A stretch of 64,000 nt of DNA. It comes from an uncultured bacterium (GTDB lineage: Bacteria; Patescibacteriota; Minisyncoccia; UBA6257; GWB1-50-10). The position numbers and the translations under genes are program-made. This document shows, in pieces, positions 27,299 to 37,645 of this stretch. Each line of letters starts with the position of its first letter. Within the stretch, counting starts at the first letter, position 1. The stretch covers positions 298,466 through 362,465 of the forward strand of contig CAVYJB010000002.1 in the NCBI GenBank assembly GCA_963768835.1, read 5' to 3'. A model generated the notes under the pieces. The model saw only the letters and a list, made by a program, of their open reading frames with translations, made no database searches and had not been told where the DNA came from.

Positions 27299-27340
27299 CC
27301 GTCATCTGGGCCCGGTACCCCGCACGTTCCCGCCTACGGC

Positions 27341-27382
27341 GGGAAATAAAAAGCGGCGGCGCTGCATAACGCAGGCCGCCGC
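27341..27382 (-). terminator. Rho-independent terminator (minus strand) for gene 27404-28018
   Basis: GC-rich stem gcggcggc...gccgccgc. On the minus strand it is followed by tttttatttcc. Confidence 0.7.
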
Positions 27383-27403
27383 CGGGTTCGGCGCACACCG
27401 CCC

Positions 27404-28018
27404 TCAATCGTCGGTCGTCATCGCCGCGCGCTGGCAGACGACGTCGAGGCTCCCGAAGGAGGTGTTCTCACAGAGGAAGCTGATCGCCACGTCCAGGGCA
27501 TCCTTTTTCTCCCTCCCGTCCCTCCCATGGGTCGCCTCTCCGAGTTTGCCCTTGGCGGCCCAGAAGCCCGGGAGAAACCAGATCTCCCAGTACTTTCCGT
27601 CGATGCCGCGGTGCGAGCGCATGCACTGGAAGCCGTAGCTCTCCAGGAGCTCCGTCTGCCGCTTGTACTTCGCAGTGGTGTAGTTGTATCCGCAGAGGCT
27701 CTGAACGAGGAGGCTCGGCGAGTACGGAGGCCAGTGCGCGTGGGTGTCGATGAGCTTTGTCACGAGGCTGTACTCCCGCTGGTCCGAACGGCTCCAATAC
27801 GGCAGCATCTCCGTGTCTTCCGCGGGCGCAGGCAACCTTTCGTGCGTCGGATGAACCTGCAGGCGTCCTTCTACGACGGTCACGTGATAGTGGCCCACCA
27901 TCATGCCTTCGATCTGCGCAAGCTCTTTTTCCGTGAGATTTGAGAGCGTGATCGAGTACTCTCCCAATCCGTGCTTGGAGCTCGAGATTCTGACACCTTT
28001 CGGTTCAGTCTGGTCCAT
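27404..28018 (-). CDS. Hypothetical protein
   Basis: SD AAGGAGG is 5 nt upstream of ATG (revcomp at 28016-28018). 204 aa with no recognisable family (MDQTEPKGVRISSSKHGLGEYSITLSN...). Confidence 0.65.
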   Translation of the reverse strand: MDQTEPKGVRISSSKHGLGEYSITLSNLTEKELAQIEGMMVGHYHVTVVEGRLQVHPTHERLPAPAEDTEMLPYWSRSDQREYSLVTKLIDTHAHWPPYSPSLLVQSLCGYNYTTAKYKRQTELLESYGFQCMRSHRGIDGKYWEIWFLPGFWAAKGKLGEATHGRDGREKKDALDVAISFLCENTSFGSLDVVCQRAAMTTDD

Positions 28019-28097
28019 GGGGACCTCCTTGGGTTTATGACGGATGATATGTGTATGAGGAACTGTCCCCACGCTACCACCCGCCGTGGTATTGCGT

Positions 28098-28133
28098 CAA
28101 ATAAAATCGGCGCACTCCGATGAGAAGTGCGCC
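28098..28133 (-). terminator. Rho-independent terminator of typA
   Basis: On the minus strand: ggcgcact-loop-agtgcgcc followed by gauuuuauuug. Confidence 0.7.
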
Positions 28134-28138
28134 GCGGC

Positions 28139-29938
28139 CTAGGCGGCGTCCCGCTCGGCGCGCTCGGCGCGCGTGCGGTCGTTGCGCGTGAGGTACCGCT
28201 TCCGCAGACGGACATGCGCGGGCGTGACCTCGAGGTACTCGTCCTCGGCCATCACCTCGAGGCCCCGTTCGATCGTGAGCGTGAACGGAGGTTCCAGCTG
28301 GATGGCGTCGTCGTTGCGCGAGGAGCGCACGTTCGTGAGATGCTTGCCCTTCACGGGGTTCGCCTCCATGTCATGTCCCTTCGCGGCATTGCCGATGACC
28401 ATGCCTTCGTAGACCTCGGTGCCCGGGCCGATGTAGAGCATGCCGCGCTCCTGCAGGTTCCAGAGCGAGAAGGCGAGCGCGGTGCCGCTGGCCATCGAGA
28501 CCATCGAGCCCACGGTGCGCCGTTCGATGTCGCCCGCGTGCGGGCGGAAGCCGATGAAGCGGCTGCAGAGGATGCCCTCGCCGCGGGTCTCGATGAGGAA
28601 CTGGTTGCGGTACCCGAGGAGGCCCCGCGTCGGTATCTCGAAGGTCAGCCGCAGGCGGTCGTGCTCGCGGTTCATGTGCATGAGGATGCCCCGCCGCGCC
28701 CCGAGGGTCTGGATGATGCTGCCGGACATGGGCTCCGGAACGTCAATCACCGCCTCCTCGTACGGCTCGAGGACCTTCCCGCCCTCGTGCTTCAGGATGA
28801 CCTGGGGCTGGGAGACCTGGAGCTCATACCCTTCCCTGCGCATGTTCTCCAGCAGGATCCCGATGTGGAGCTCGCCGCGGCCGTACACTTTGAAGGCGTC
28901 GTTCGCGGAGAACTCGATGCGGAGTCCGACGTTCACCTCGAGCTCACGTTCCAGCCGCTCGCGGATCTGGCGCGACGTGACGAACTTGCCGTCGCGGCCC
29001 GCGAGAGGAGAATCGTTGATGCGGAACTCGAGCGCGATGGTGGGCTCGTCGATGGCGATGGCCGGGAGCGCGTCCTGGTCCGGGCCCGCGCAGAGCGTCT
29101 CTCCGATGTCGATGTCGGGCAAGCCCGCGGCGAGCACGATGTCGCCGGCGGGCGCCTTCTCCACTTCCTTCCGCTCGATCCCTTCGAAGGTGAAAAGTTT
29201 CGTGAGTTTCCCCGTCCGGGTGACGCCCGTGTGCGGGTTTTTCACCACGACCGGCTCGCCGGTATAGAGCTCTCCCTCGTAGATGCGGCAGATGGCGAGG
29301 CGGCCGAGGAAATTGTCGTAACCAAGATTAAACGGCTGCGCGCGCAACGGGGCTTTAGTGTCCGAGGGCGCCGGGGGCACGTGGGAGAGGATGGTGTCGA
29401 GGAGGGGCGTGAGGGTCTCCGACTCGTCCGTCGGGTGGAGCTTCGCGATGCCCTTGCGCCCCACGGCGTAGACGACGGGGAACTCGAGCTGCGCGTCGGT
29501 CGCGCCGAGCTCGAGGAAAAGCTCATATACCAGCTCCTTCGATCGCTCGGCGTCCGCGGCCGGCTTGTCCATCTTGTTCAGGACCACGATGGGCCGGATC
29601 CCGAGCTCCAGGGATTTCTTGAGCACGAAGCGCGTCTGCGGCATCGGGCCCTCCTGGGCGTCCACGACGAGCAGCACACAGTCGATGGACCGGAGCACGC
29701 GCTCCACCTCCGAGCCGAAGTCCGCATGGCCGGGCGTATCCACCAGGTTGATCTTGGTTCCCTTATAGAAAATAGAGGCGTTTTTGGAATAAATCGTAAT
29801 CCCACGCTCCCGTTCCAGGGCGTTCGAGTCCATCGTGACGCCCTCGAGCGTCATCCCCGTCTGGCGCATCAAGGCGTCCGTGATGGTCGTCTTGCCGTGG
29901 TCGACGTGGGCGATAATGGCGATGTTGCGGATTTCCAT
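28139..29938 (-). CDS. typA: Translational GTPase TypA/BipA
   Basis: Start [28 protein letters not shown] (G1 box), then [16 protein letters not shown] and LNKMDK. EF-G-like domains II/III/V follow. The listed ORF extends upstream to an unlikely M. A sigma70-like promoter (TTGACG-17-TTAAAT) lies at 29972-30000 on the minus strand. Confidence 0.95.
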   Translation of the reverse strand: MEIRNIAIIAHVDHGKTTITDALMRQTGMTLEGVTMDSNALERERGITIYSKNASIFYKGTKINLVDTPGHADFGSEVERVLRSIDCVLLVVDAQEGPMPQTRFVLKKSLELGIRPIVVLNKMDKPAADAERSKELVYELFLELGATDAQLEFPVVYAVGRKGIAKLHPTDESETLTPLLDTILSHVPPAPSDTKAPLRAQPFNLGYDNFLGRLAICRIYEGELYTGEPVVVKNPHTGVTRTGKLTKLFTFEGIERKEVEKAPAGDIVLAAGLPDIDIGETLCAGPDQDALPAIAIDEPTIALEFRINDSPLAGRDGKFVTSRQIRERLERELEVNVGLRIEFSANDAFKVYGRGELHIGILLENMRREGYELQVSQPQVILKHEGGKVLEPYEEAVIDVPEPMSGSIIQTLGARRGILMHMNREHDRLRLTFEIPTRGLLGYRNQFLIETRGEGILCSRFIGFRPHAGDIERRTVGSMVSMASGTALAFSLWNLQERGMLYIGPGTEVYEGMVIGNAAKGHDMEANPVKGKHLTNVRSSRNDDAIQLEPPFTLTIERGLEVMAEDEYLEVTPAHVRLRKRYLTRNDRTRAERAERDAA

Positions 29939-30312
29939 ATAAATAGGCGCACGGCGGGCCGTGCAGGGTCTATTTAAGCAGTAAATGCCCCCATCGTCAA
30001 AGAGAGATTCCGACTCGGGGGATTGGTGGCGGGAAAAGAGAACCCCCGCAGGTCGGAAAGACCCGCGGGGTATTGACAAACACTCAATCTTCTTATAAAA
30101 GGAATTAACCCTATCCCCAGGCTGCATCGGACGCAGGGATAGGGGCGTCAGTCTGGAAGTCGTTCTAACCCAATGGCTTCGTTTCCCCCTTGACTGGCGC
30201 CCCTGTTCTTGCGTCGGCTATCCCCAGGTGGTCGGCTCTTGACTCTCTACCCTTATATAATACTATATCCCTAAGGCATCTGTTACAGATTCTCTCGCCT
30301 CTCCGGGGAAAC

Positions 30313-30360
30313 GGAAGCGGGGGACCTACAGCCTTATGCAAGTTTCCCCGCTTTTTATTT
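30313..30360 (+). terminator. Terminator-like hairpin with U-tract (agcgggg...ccccgct-ttttatttt)
   Basis: Seen in the intergenic region. Plus-strand orientation. Confidence 0.55.
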
Positions 30361-30421
30361 TAGGAGTACGAGTTAACGTTTCCGTGCATGCGGCGGGGGA
30401 GCAGTGCGCCTACAATTCGGG

Positions 30422-30467
30422 CCTAAGGAGCTTTATAGCTCTTTAGGCCCGAAGTTTTTTTCCGGTG
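30422..30467 (+). terminator. Rho-independent terminator (12-bp stem with 2 G-U pairs, UUAU loop, then 7 U)
   Basis: gcctaaggagct-ttat-agctctttaggc followed by ccgaagttttttt. Confidence 0.65.
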
Positions 30468-30533
30468 CAAGCTTGACTGGAAAACGACGGTAGGGGACAA
30501 AGGTCGAACAATGTACAGTACAGAAATATTCTT

Positions 30534-31079
30534 ATGAAGAAAGTTATGTTTGCAGGTGCGGTTATCTCCGTGCTTGCGCTCGGTCTTTCAGCGGTTCCGG
30601 CGTTTGCGTCGTACCACTACCAGCAGTCCGGCAGCACCGTCAGCATCACGAGCTCGAACAGCGCGTTCGTCTCGAATACGGTGAACGGTTCAGCCTCGAC
30701 GGGTGACAACACCGCAAATGGTGGTAACGGCAAGAACGGTGGGGCCGGTGGCCTCGTCGAAACTGGCAATGCCAACGCTGGTGCGTTTGTCTCCAACGTT
30801 GTCAATTCCAACAAGACGACCACCGGTGACTGCCTCTGCAACGGCAAGGTGAAGTCGATCACTGTTAAGAGCACGAACAGCGCGTTCGTCTCGAACACGG
30901 TGACCGGTTCGGCCTCGACGGGCGACAACACCGCGAATGGCGGTAACGGTTCCACCTCCAAGTCCGAACGGGACTCGAAGGGTGGGAACGGTGGTGATGG
31001 CGGACTGATCGAGACTGGCAACGCGGGGACGGGGGCTGGTGTGAGCAATTACATCAACTCGAACGTTACCTCGCTCTAG
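30534..31079 (+). CDS. Secreted repeat protein (TGDNTANGGNG ... GGLVETGNAxAGAFVSNVVNSN repeats)
   Basis: 181 aa. Signal peptide MKKVMFAGAVISVLALGLSAVPAFA. Two internal repeats. Confidence 0.6.
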   Translation: MKKVMFAGAVISVLALGLSAVPAFASYHYQQSGSTVSITSSNSAFVSNTVNGSASTGDNTANGGNGKNGGAGGLVETGNANAGAFVSNVVNSNKTTTGDCLCNGKVKSITVKSTNSAFVSNTVTGSASTGDNTANGGNGSTSKSERDSKGGNGGDGGLIETGNAGTGAGVSNYINSNVTSL

Positions 31080-31192
31080 TTCCTTGCGGGAGGGAAACGG
31101 GTCTCACGATCCGTCTTCCCCTCCCCAAAGCGCGGGCGACCACCGCGCTTTGGGGAGGGGAGAGAGGGGATGCTCTCCTCCACTACGAATTC

Positions 31193-31780
31193 ATGCGAGT
31201 GAAAATCCAGCTCCTTGTGTTATTCATACCACTTGTCTTCGGAGGGCTTGCGTCTTCTGTCTCGGCCGATGACGTGCAGATATCGAACGACGTGCATGTC
31301 TCGGCTTCGGCGGGCGGGAACTCCGGCGCAAACGTCACAACAGGCGGAGCCTCGGTGAACGTCTCTATCCACAGCAGCGTGAACGGTACCCCGCTCCTGC
31401 CCGTGGATATCGTGACAACCTCACTTTCCGGAGAGGCCCGCGTGGATGTCCAGAACGACTTCACGAGCGGGACACCCTCTTCAAGCGTCCAGGTTCAGCT
31501 CGGTAATGGGGCTCCACATGTTTTCTGGGGTTTCCCGACTGGCACGCCCCCTATTGCCTCTTCCGGCCTTCCGCGAATATTCCGCCAAAAACCCTCCGTT
31601 CACGCCGTATCAACCTCCACCCCGACCTCTACAGTCCCCGCACCGCAGTTCCACCGCTCTTTTTCTTCCACCACCGGTACGTCGACCCAGTCCCACGGTT
31701 TTCTAGGAGAGTTCCCTCACCTTGCAGACTCTCTCCTCCGTTCTATATGGAACGGCCTCGGTTCCATATTTAAGTTTTAA
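31193..31780 (+). CDS. Secreted hypothetical protein, paralogous motif (SASAGGNSGANVTTGGASVNV)
   Basis: 195 aa. Signal peptide MRVKIQLLVLFIPLVFGGLASSVSA. Confidence 0.5.
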   Translation: MRVKIQLLVLFIPLVFGGLASSVSADDVQISNDVHVSASAGGNSGANVTTGGASVNVSIHSSVNGTPLLPVDIVTTSLSGEARVDVQNDFTSGTPSSSVQVQLGNGAPHVFWGFPTGTPPIASSGLPRIFRQKPSVHAVSTSTPTSTVPAPQFHRSFSSTTGTSTQSHGFLGEFPHLADSLLRSIWNGLGSIFKF

Positions 31781-31790
31781 CCCAACTACC

Positions 31791-34481
31791 ATGACCCATT
31801 TCAATTTCAAGGACATTTTCCGCCGATCTATGACCGTCGGTTTTGCCGCGCTTCTCGCGGTCGCGCTCGTCATTCGGATGCCGGCGCCGCTTGTGCGTGC
31901 GGATGACACCTCTTCCACCCCGCAGGCTCCCGCCGATACCACGACGTCGGCGACTTCCTCGAACGACGCCAGCGCTTCGAATGACGCAAGCGGTTCGGCG
32001 AATACGGGTGGCAACACGACGGATGTAAGCCCTTCCACGGGCGACGCGCAAACGCCGCCCTCCGGAGGTCCTGATGCGTCCTCCACCGGCGGGCAGGTCA
32101 CATCAAATACCACATCGACCACGTCGGACACTACCTCGACGTCCCCGGATACCTCCTCGACATCCGTGGGCGACGCCACTTTGAACACGACGACAACCGA
32201 TGCGTCCTCCACGTCTCCGAGCTCGAGTTCCACAGATTCCTCGGCGACTTCTACTTCCTCCGACACATCCTCCACTCCTGCGGACACGTCTTCTTCCAAT
32301 ACTACGGGTAGCGGTGGAGCCGACACGGGCGCCATCATCACGACGGGGAACGCCGCGGCGGCCGCGAACGTGGTGAACGTGGTGAACACGAACATTTTCG
32401 ACTCGACGGGATTTCTCTCGCTCCTGAACCTCTTTGACCCGCAGATCGGAGATGTAAGCACCGACGGGCTTTCCTTCCCGCTTTCGGGGTGCACGAGCGA
32501 CGGTTGCAGCCTCGGGAACCTTTCGGTGGACAGCCAGAACTCAGGCACTGTCACGAATGATGTCACGGTGGGCGCCACGACGGGGGGCAATACCGCGAGC
32601 GGGACGAGCACGATTACGACGGGGGATGCCGCGGCGGCCGCGAACGTGGTGAACGTCGTGAATTCGAATTTTGTGGATTCGAACTACCTCCTTATGGTGG
32701 TCAACAACTTCAGCCAGTGGATCGGCGACCTCGTGTTCCCCGGAAAATCCTTCTTCACGGGGCTTACGGACGGGAGCGCCTTGCCCGACAACTCCGGGAC
32801 GGGCGGTAGTACGACCATCTCGAACGCGAATGACGCCACCGTGGTCAATAACACGGAGACGACGGCCGCGACGGGTGGGAACACCGTGGACGCCTCGGGA
32901 ACGGCGACCGTAACGACCGGGGATGCGGCCGCGGTCACGAACACCGCGAATCTCGTGAATACGAATCTCGTGAACAGCGACCAGGTTTATATCGTGGTCC
33001 GCGTCTTCGGGAACTGGGCGGGAAATATCTTCAGCACGCCGCCCGGCCTCACGTGGGAGCAAACGCCCTACGGTCTCGTACTGCATAATTCCGATTCCAG
33101 TCCGCTTTTCACGACCGACGCGAGTTCCAGTTCCTGCTGCGATCTTCCCGGGTCCACGTCCAACACAAACACGGCGGATGTCCAGAACAACGTCAAGGTG
33201 TATGCGCTCACGGGCGGGAACCAGGTCAGCGGAGGCGGCGGTTCCATCACGACCGGGAACGCGGGCGCGGTGAGCAACGTGATCAATCTTGTGAACACCA
33301 ATGTGGTGGGGCGGAACGTACTCCTCGCATTCGTGAACATCTTCGGGGACTGGCAGGGGAATCTGGCGTTCGGGAAACCGGATCTCTGGACCGGTATCCG
33401 CGCGGAACTCTCCTCGAACCCGCTTACCGAGAACACGGAGGTGACCTACCATGTGACAATCGCGAACCGGGGCACCGCTGATGCCACCGACGTGGCGGTC
33501 CAAAGCGGCCACAGCGTGACGGGGCTCATGAACGTCTCGGACGCGGGCGGAGGCACGCCGAGCGGTGACGGCGTGGGGTGGACGATTCCCGTGATCCCCG
33601 CGGGTGCCTCGACCACGCTTACTTTCTCTGAGCGCACCTCCGACAATCTTCCCATCGGGCTCACCCCGCTCGTGACGACCGTGACGGCCACTCCCAAGGA
33701 GGACGATGCGGATTCCACCGACAACACGGATGCCGTGAGTCTTCCTCTCGAGCGGACTATCCCGCTCCCCATCGCTTCCCACCTCTCGCTCAAGGAAACG
33801 AACAGCGCGACCGCACCGATAGGACCGGACAGCGATGTGAAGTTCCACTTCACCGTCCGGAACAACGGGGCTGTCCCCGCGACGAGCGTGCTCCTGCACG
33901 AGAAGTTCTACGATCCATGGGGCACGCTTCTTGGCGAGAACACGTGGACCTTGGGGAGCATCGATCCGGGCCACGGGTACGCTGTGGACTATGACACGCA
34001 TTTCGACGCGACCGCCCGCACGGGATACTACACGAGCTTCTCCTCTCTTGAGGGGGCCGATGCCGTGGGTACGATCCAGTCACAGAGCGACATGATCTCG
34101 GGAAGCAGCGTCTACCTCGTGAACCCCGCCGACGCCACACCGCCACCCTCCGCACCGCCTACCGTGCACTTCGTCGCTCCGCAGACGCCCAACCTTCCGA
34201 ACGCCGTGCAGCAGGTGAGTCCGAAGGTCCAACATCTGGTGATTCAGAAGCTCCTTTCCCGCCGGACCCCGCCCGTGCCCATCGGAGGACTCACGGTACT
34301 CGCAGCAGGAGGTACCCCGCCTCCGAAGTCTTTCCAGGATGCGCTTCCGGCGCCCCACGGAATCTTCACCGATTCGACGCTACCGACGGGGAGTATTCTC
34401 CTCGCGTCTCTGCAGCCGGTCCTTCCCACCGATCTCTGGGGGCACTTCACGGATTTCGTCCACTCCATCCTGCAACCCTAG
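31791..34481 (+). CDS. Large secreted protein with TGGNT...TTGDAAAAANVVNVVN repeats and C-terminal DUF11/CARDB-like Ig-fold domains
   Basis: ATG 31791 gives the signal peptide MTHFNFKDIFRRSMTVGFAALLAVALVIRMPAPLVRA. At least 4 repeats follow (ATTGGNTASGTSTITTGDAAAAANVVNVVNSN..., TGGNTVDASGTATVTTGDAAAVTNTANLVNTN..., TGGNQVSGGGGSITTGNAGAVSNVINLVNTN...). Two domains resemble DUF11 (TYHVTIANRGTADATDVAV...; KFHFTVRNNGAVPATSVLL...). Confidence 0.7.
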   Translation: MTHFNFKDIFRRSMTVGFAALLAVALVIRMPAPLVRADDTSSTPQAPADTTTSATSSNDASASNDASGSANTGGNTTDVSPSTGDAQTPPSGGPDASSTGGQVTSNTTSTTSDTTSTSPDTSSTSVGDATLNTTTTDASSTSPSSSSTDSSATSTSSDTSSTPADTSSSNTTGSGGADTGAIITTGNAAAAANVVNVVNTNIFDSTGFLSLLNLFDPQIGDVSTDGLSFPLSGCTSDGCSLGNLSVDSQNSGTVTNDVTVGATTGGNTASGTSTITTGDAAAAANVVNVVNSNFVDSNYLLMVVNNFSQWIGDLVFPGKSFFTGLTDGSALPDNSGTGGSTTISNANDATVVNNTETTAATGGNTVDASGTATVTTGDAAAVTNTANLVNTNLVNSDQVYIVVRVFGNWAGNIFSTPPGLTWEQTPYGLVLHNSDSSPLFTTDASSSSCCDLPGSTSNTNTADVQNNVKVYALTGGNQVSGGGGSITTGNAGAVSNVINLVNTNVVGRNVLLAFVNIFGDWQGNLAFGKPDLWTGIRAELSSNPLTENTEVTYHVTIANRGTADATDVAVQSGHSVTGLMNVSDAGGGTPSGDGVGWTIPVIPAGASTTLTFSERTSDNLPIGLTPLVTTVTATPKEDDADSTDNTDAVSLPLERTIPLPIASHLSLKETNSATAPIGPDSDVKFHFTVRNNGAVPATSVLLHEKFYDPWGTLLGENTWTLGSIDPGHGYAVDYDTHFDATARTGYYTSFSSLEGADAVGTIQSQSDMISGSSVYLVNPADATPPPSAPPTVHFVAPQTPNLPNAVQQVSPKVQHLVIQKLLSRRTPPVPIGGLTVLAAGGTPPPKSFQDALPAPHGIFTDSTLPTGSILLASLQPVLPTDLWGHFTDFVHSILQP

Positions 34482-34505
34482 AACGCAAGCCGTCTGAGAA
34501 AATCT

Positions 34506-34537
34506 CCCGCCCCGAGAAATCGGGGCGGGGTTTTTCT
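34506..34537 (+). terminator. Rho-independent terminator
   Basis: cccgccccga-gaaa-tcggggcggg followed by ttttt. Confidence 0.8.
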
Positions 34538-34566
34538 CCGCTGCCGCATCGTCTATACTGGGAGAG

Positions 34567-34785
34567 ATGACGCCCCCGTTCCTTAGCGACAATCCGTACC
34601 TTTGGGCCATCGCAATCCTCTGGACGCTGCCCTGGAAAGGAGTGGCGCTCTGGAGGGCCGCCCATGCCGAGCGGAAAGGCTGGTTCATCGCGCTCCTTGT
34701 GGTGAACACCTTCGGGCTTCTTGAGATCCTCTATATCTTCGTTTTCAGTCGGAATACGACGAAGCCTCCCGACCCTACGTCCTAG
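34567..34785 (+). CDS. Small two-TM membrane protein (PLDc_N/DUF5652-like)
   Basis: 72 aa. [59 protein letters not shown] -10 and a GGGAGAG SD lie upstream. Confidence 0.45.
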   Translation: MTPPFLSDNPYLWAIAILWTLPWKGVALWRAAHAERKGWFIALLVVNTFGLLEILYIFVFSRNTTKPPDPTS

Positions 34786-34810
34786 CGCAGCGGCGCGACG
34801 TCTTCCTCCG

Positions 34811-36751
34811 ATGACAAAGGACCACAAGCGCTACAGTCGGTTCAAGGCGTTCCTGACGCCCGACGGCGCCCTCTTCGTAGCGCTTCTCCTCGTCCTCTTC
34901 GTCCACTACCTCCACCTCGCCCCGGAGAACGGGACGCAGGACGTGCTTGTAGTCCTCGGTCTCCTGGGAACAATCCCCGTCCTTTTTTCGGCGGTGGCAG
35001 CTCTGCGGAACAAAAGGGTCTCGGTGGACCTCCTCGCGTCCATCGCCCTCGTGGCGTCCCTCCTCGCGGCCCAGTGGGAGTCCGTCGCGTTCATCGATCT
35101 TATGCTCGTCTCCGCGCGCATTCTGGGACGCTCGACCGAGGACCGGGCGCGCCACGCCATCGAGGGGCTTCTGAAATATCGCCCGCAGCGCATCAAGGTA
35201 CGGCGCGGCGACCGGGTCGTGGAAGAGTCCATTGCCGAACTCAAAGCGGGGGACGTGGTGGTCATCGAGGCGGGTGAGCGCATTCCCGTCGACGGCACGG
35301 TGGTGGAAGGGGAGGCGAGCGTGGACAACTCGACTCTCACGGGAGAATCCGTCCCCGTCGCGCGCAAGGTCGGAGATACGGCCCTGAGCTCCACGCTCGT
35401 GGTCTCCGGGTCCCTCACCATCAAGGCGTCGAAAGTCGGGGAGGATACGACGCTCGAACGCATCGTCCGCCTCGTGGAAGAAGCGCAGACCAACAAGGCG
35501 GATATCCGAACCACGGCGGAGCGGTTCGCCTCCTGGTACGTGGCTCTGACGCTTGTCGGCGGGGTCGCGATCTTTACGGTGACGCGGAACATGCTCTTTC
35601 TGCTCTCGGTGCTCCTGGTCGCATGCGCCGATGACATCGCGGTGGCGGTTCCGATCGCCTTCATAGCCTCCGTGGTGCGCGCCGCCCGGCGGGGCATTCT
35701 CATCAAGGGCGGCAGTTTCGTGGAAGCGCTCGCCAAGGTGCGGACGGCCGTGGTGGACAAGACCGGGACCCTGACGCGCGGGATGATGAAGGTGGAGGGG
35801 ATCCTACCCTTCGGTGCCCACACGCGCGACGAGCTTCTCCGGTTCGCGGCGGTGACGAATTTCTTCTCCAACCACCCCGCCGCGCGGGCGATCCTCGCCT
35901 ATACCGAACAGAGCGGGTTGTCGCTCCGCCCGCCGGTGAAATTCGAGGAGATGCCGGGGCACGGGAGCACCGCGGAGGACGGGCCCCACCATCTCGTGGT
36001 CGGAAAACTCTCCTTTCTCGAGGAGCGCGGGGTTGCCGTCACGGAGGAGGAACGGGCGGCCATCGACGCGGAGAAGGCGAAAGGGGAAAACGTGACGCTC
36101 ATCGGCGCCGACGGGGGGCTCATCGGCATGATCACGCTCTCCGACGCGGTCCGCCACGGCGTCCGGGAGGCCATCGCGCATCTGAAGGGCCTCGGGATCG
36201 AACGCTGGGTCATGCTCACGGGTGACAATGAGCGCGCGGCGGAGAAGGTGGCGGTGCAGGTGGGAGTGACCGAGTACCACGCCAACCTCCTGCCGGAAGA
36301 CAAGCTGGCGTTCATCCAGAGCGCGATCAGCCCCGCGGGCAAGGTGATGATGGTGGGCGACGGAGTGAACGACGCCGCGGCGCTGGCGCTCGCGGATGTG
36401 GGTATCGCGATGGGAGCCGTCGGGTCGGATACCGCCATTGAAGCCGCGGATGTGGCCCTCATGCACGACAACTTTGCGCGCATCCCCGAGGTCGTGGAGA
36501 TCGCACACCGCACGATGCGCGTGATCCGGCAGGACTTCTGGATCTGGGGCGTCACGAACGCCGTCGGCTTCCTCCTGGTTTTTCTCGGGGTCATCGGTCC
36601 GGAGGGCGCCGCGGCCTTCAACTTCGTAACGGACTTCTTTCCGCTCATGAACTCCTTGCGGCTCTTCCGCCCGCCTCTCAATCTCCACAACGGACGCTTG
36701 GGGTCTGCCCCCGCATCTGGTAAAGTAGATAGCAGGTCGCAGCGTCCCTGA
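34811..36751 (+). CDS. P-type cation-transporting ATPase (P1B-like architecture without an N-terminal metal-binding domain)
   Basis: DKTGTLT phosphorylation motif, TGES actuator motif (LTGESVPV) and [22 protein letters not shown] hinge. TM6 carries ACADD rather than a CPC/CPx motif. The frame is open from 34721; ATG 34811 is the likely start. Confidence 0.9.
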   Translation: MTKDHKRYSRFKAFLTPDGALFVALLLVLFVHYLHLAPENGTQDVLVVLGLLGTIPVLFSAVAALRNKRVSVDLLASIALVASLLAAQWESVAFIDLMLVSARILGRSTEDRARHAIEGLLKYRPQRIKVRRGDRVVEESIAELKAGDVVVIEAGERIPVDGTVVEGEASVDNSTLTGESVPVARKVGDTALSSTLVVSGSLTIKASKVGEDTTLERIVRLVEEAQTNKADIRTTAERFASWYVALTLVGGVAIFTVTRNMLFLLSVLLVACADDIAVAVPIAFIASVVRAARRGILIKGGSFVEALAKVRTAVVDKTGTLTRGMMKVEGILPFGAHTRDELLRFAAVTNFFSNHPAARAILAYTEQSGLSLRPPVKFEEMPGHGSTAEDGPHHLVVGKLSFLEERGVAVTEEERAAIDAEKAKGENVTLIGADGGLIGMITLSDAVRHGVREAIAHLKGLGIERWVMLTGDNERAAEKVAVQVGVTEYHANLLPEDKLAFIQSAISPAGKVMMVGDGVNDAAALALADVGIAMGAVGSDTAIEAADVALMHDNFARIPEVVEIAHRTMRVIRQDFWIWGVTNAVGFLLVFLGVIGPEGAAAFNFVTDFFPLMNSLRLFRPPLNLHNGRLGSAPASGKVDSRSQRP

Positions 36752-36854
36752 CCCCGCGGTCACTTCTCATGTTCAAAAAAATCGAGTTTTTCATCTTTCT
36801 CGTGATTGCCATCTTCCTCGTGTGGCTGGGGTACAACTATTTCCGCTAGTTCCT

Positions 36855-37535
36855 ATGGCGGATTTTCTCATGGGCCCCGTGCTCATTTGGCTGCCCAAAC
36901 TGGCATGGGGCGCGCTTGTGGTGCTCGCCTTAGGCCGCTACATCGCGGAGCATGCGCCGGAGGCTCGGGAGTCCCGCTTCTTTCTGCGCTTCGACTACCG
37001 CACGCTCGCGTGGGCGGCGATCGGAGTCCGTATCCTCTTCGCGCTTCTTTTTTCCGTGGGGCAGTATTATGTGTGGACGACCGACGCGTTTACGCAGACC
37101 TTCCTGCACGCGGCGGTGAACCCTCAGGTGCGCGAAGTCCTTGTGCAGTGGTTCCCGTGGATTTTCGGGTCTCCCCTCGGATATTTCTTTTTCTACAGCT
37201 GGGGACGGTTCTGGTTCAATGTCGTGATTTCGGTGGGCGTGGCCGCGCTTTTCCGATGGTTCCTCATGGGCCTGCAGCGTTACCGGGAACGTTTCTTTGA
37301 GCCGGGAGAGGTGGATCTGGGATTTCTCGCGGCCCTCGCGGCCGGCTGGCCGAACGTCGTGATCTTTCTCCCCATCGCATTTGTGAGCGTCCTTCTGCTC
37401 TCCGTGGCGAGAGGAATCGTGTGGCACAAGGCGTACACGACGCTCGGCGCGCCGTTCCTTCTCGCGATGCTCGTGACCCTCGCCTGGGGTTCGGAACTTA
37501 TCGGAACATTCGGTCTTACGGTTCTGCATATCTGA
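36855..37535 (+). CDS. Hypothetical polytopic membrane protein
   Basis: The frame is open from 36822; ATG 36855 (MADFLMGPVLIWLPK...) is likely. 6-7 TM helices with no recognised family. Confidence 0.5.
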   Translation: MADFLMGPVLIWLPKLAWGALVVLALGRYIAEHAPEARESRFFLRFDYRTLAWAAIGVRILFALLFSVGQYYVWTTDAFTQTFLHAAVNPQVREVLVQWFPWIFGSPLGYFFFYSWGRFWFNVVISVGVAALFRWFLMGLQRYRERFFEPGEVDLGFLAALAAGWPNVVIFLPIAFVSVLLLSVARGIVWHKAYTTLGAPFLLAMLVTLAWGSELIGTFGLTVLHI

Positions 37536-37645
37536 CCGCGGAGGAAGGATTGTTGCGCGCAGGCGCCATCATTCGTACACAGTATCTACTTGTGGGCGTC
37601 TTTCGGCGCGGTTACAATGGGTATGGTTAGAACTGTCTCGTTTGT

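Noticed and set aside
28127-29977. 616-aa ORF on the + strand
   Set aside because: It is antisense to the clearly conserved typA/BipA gene. The Arg/Gly/Asp-rich composition is typical of a shadow ORF in GC-rich DNA.
36769-36849. 26-codon hydrophobic mini-ORF (MFKKIEFFIFLVIAIFLVWLGYNYFR) between the ATPase and the next membrane-protein gene
   Set aside because: It may be a real small membrane peptide, but it is too short to support without conservation or expression data, so I did not list it as a feature.
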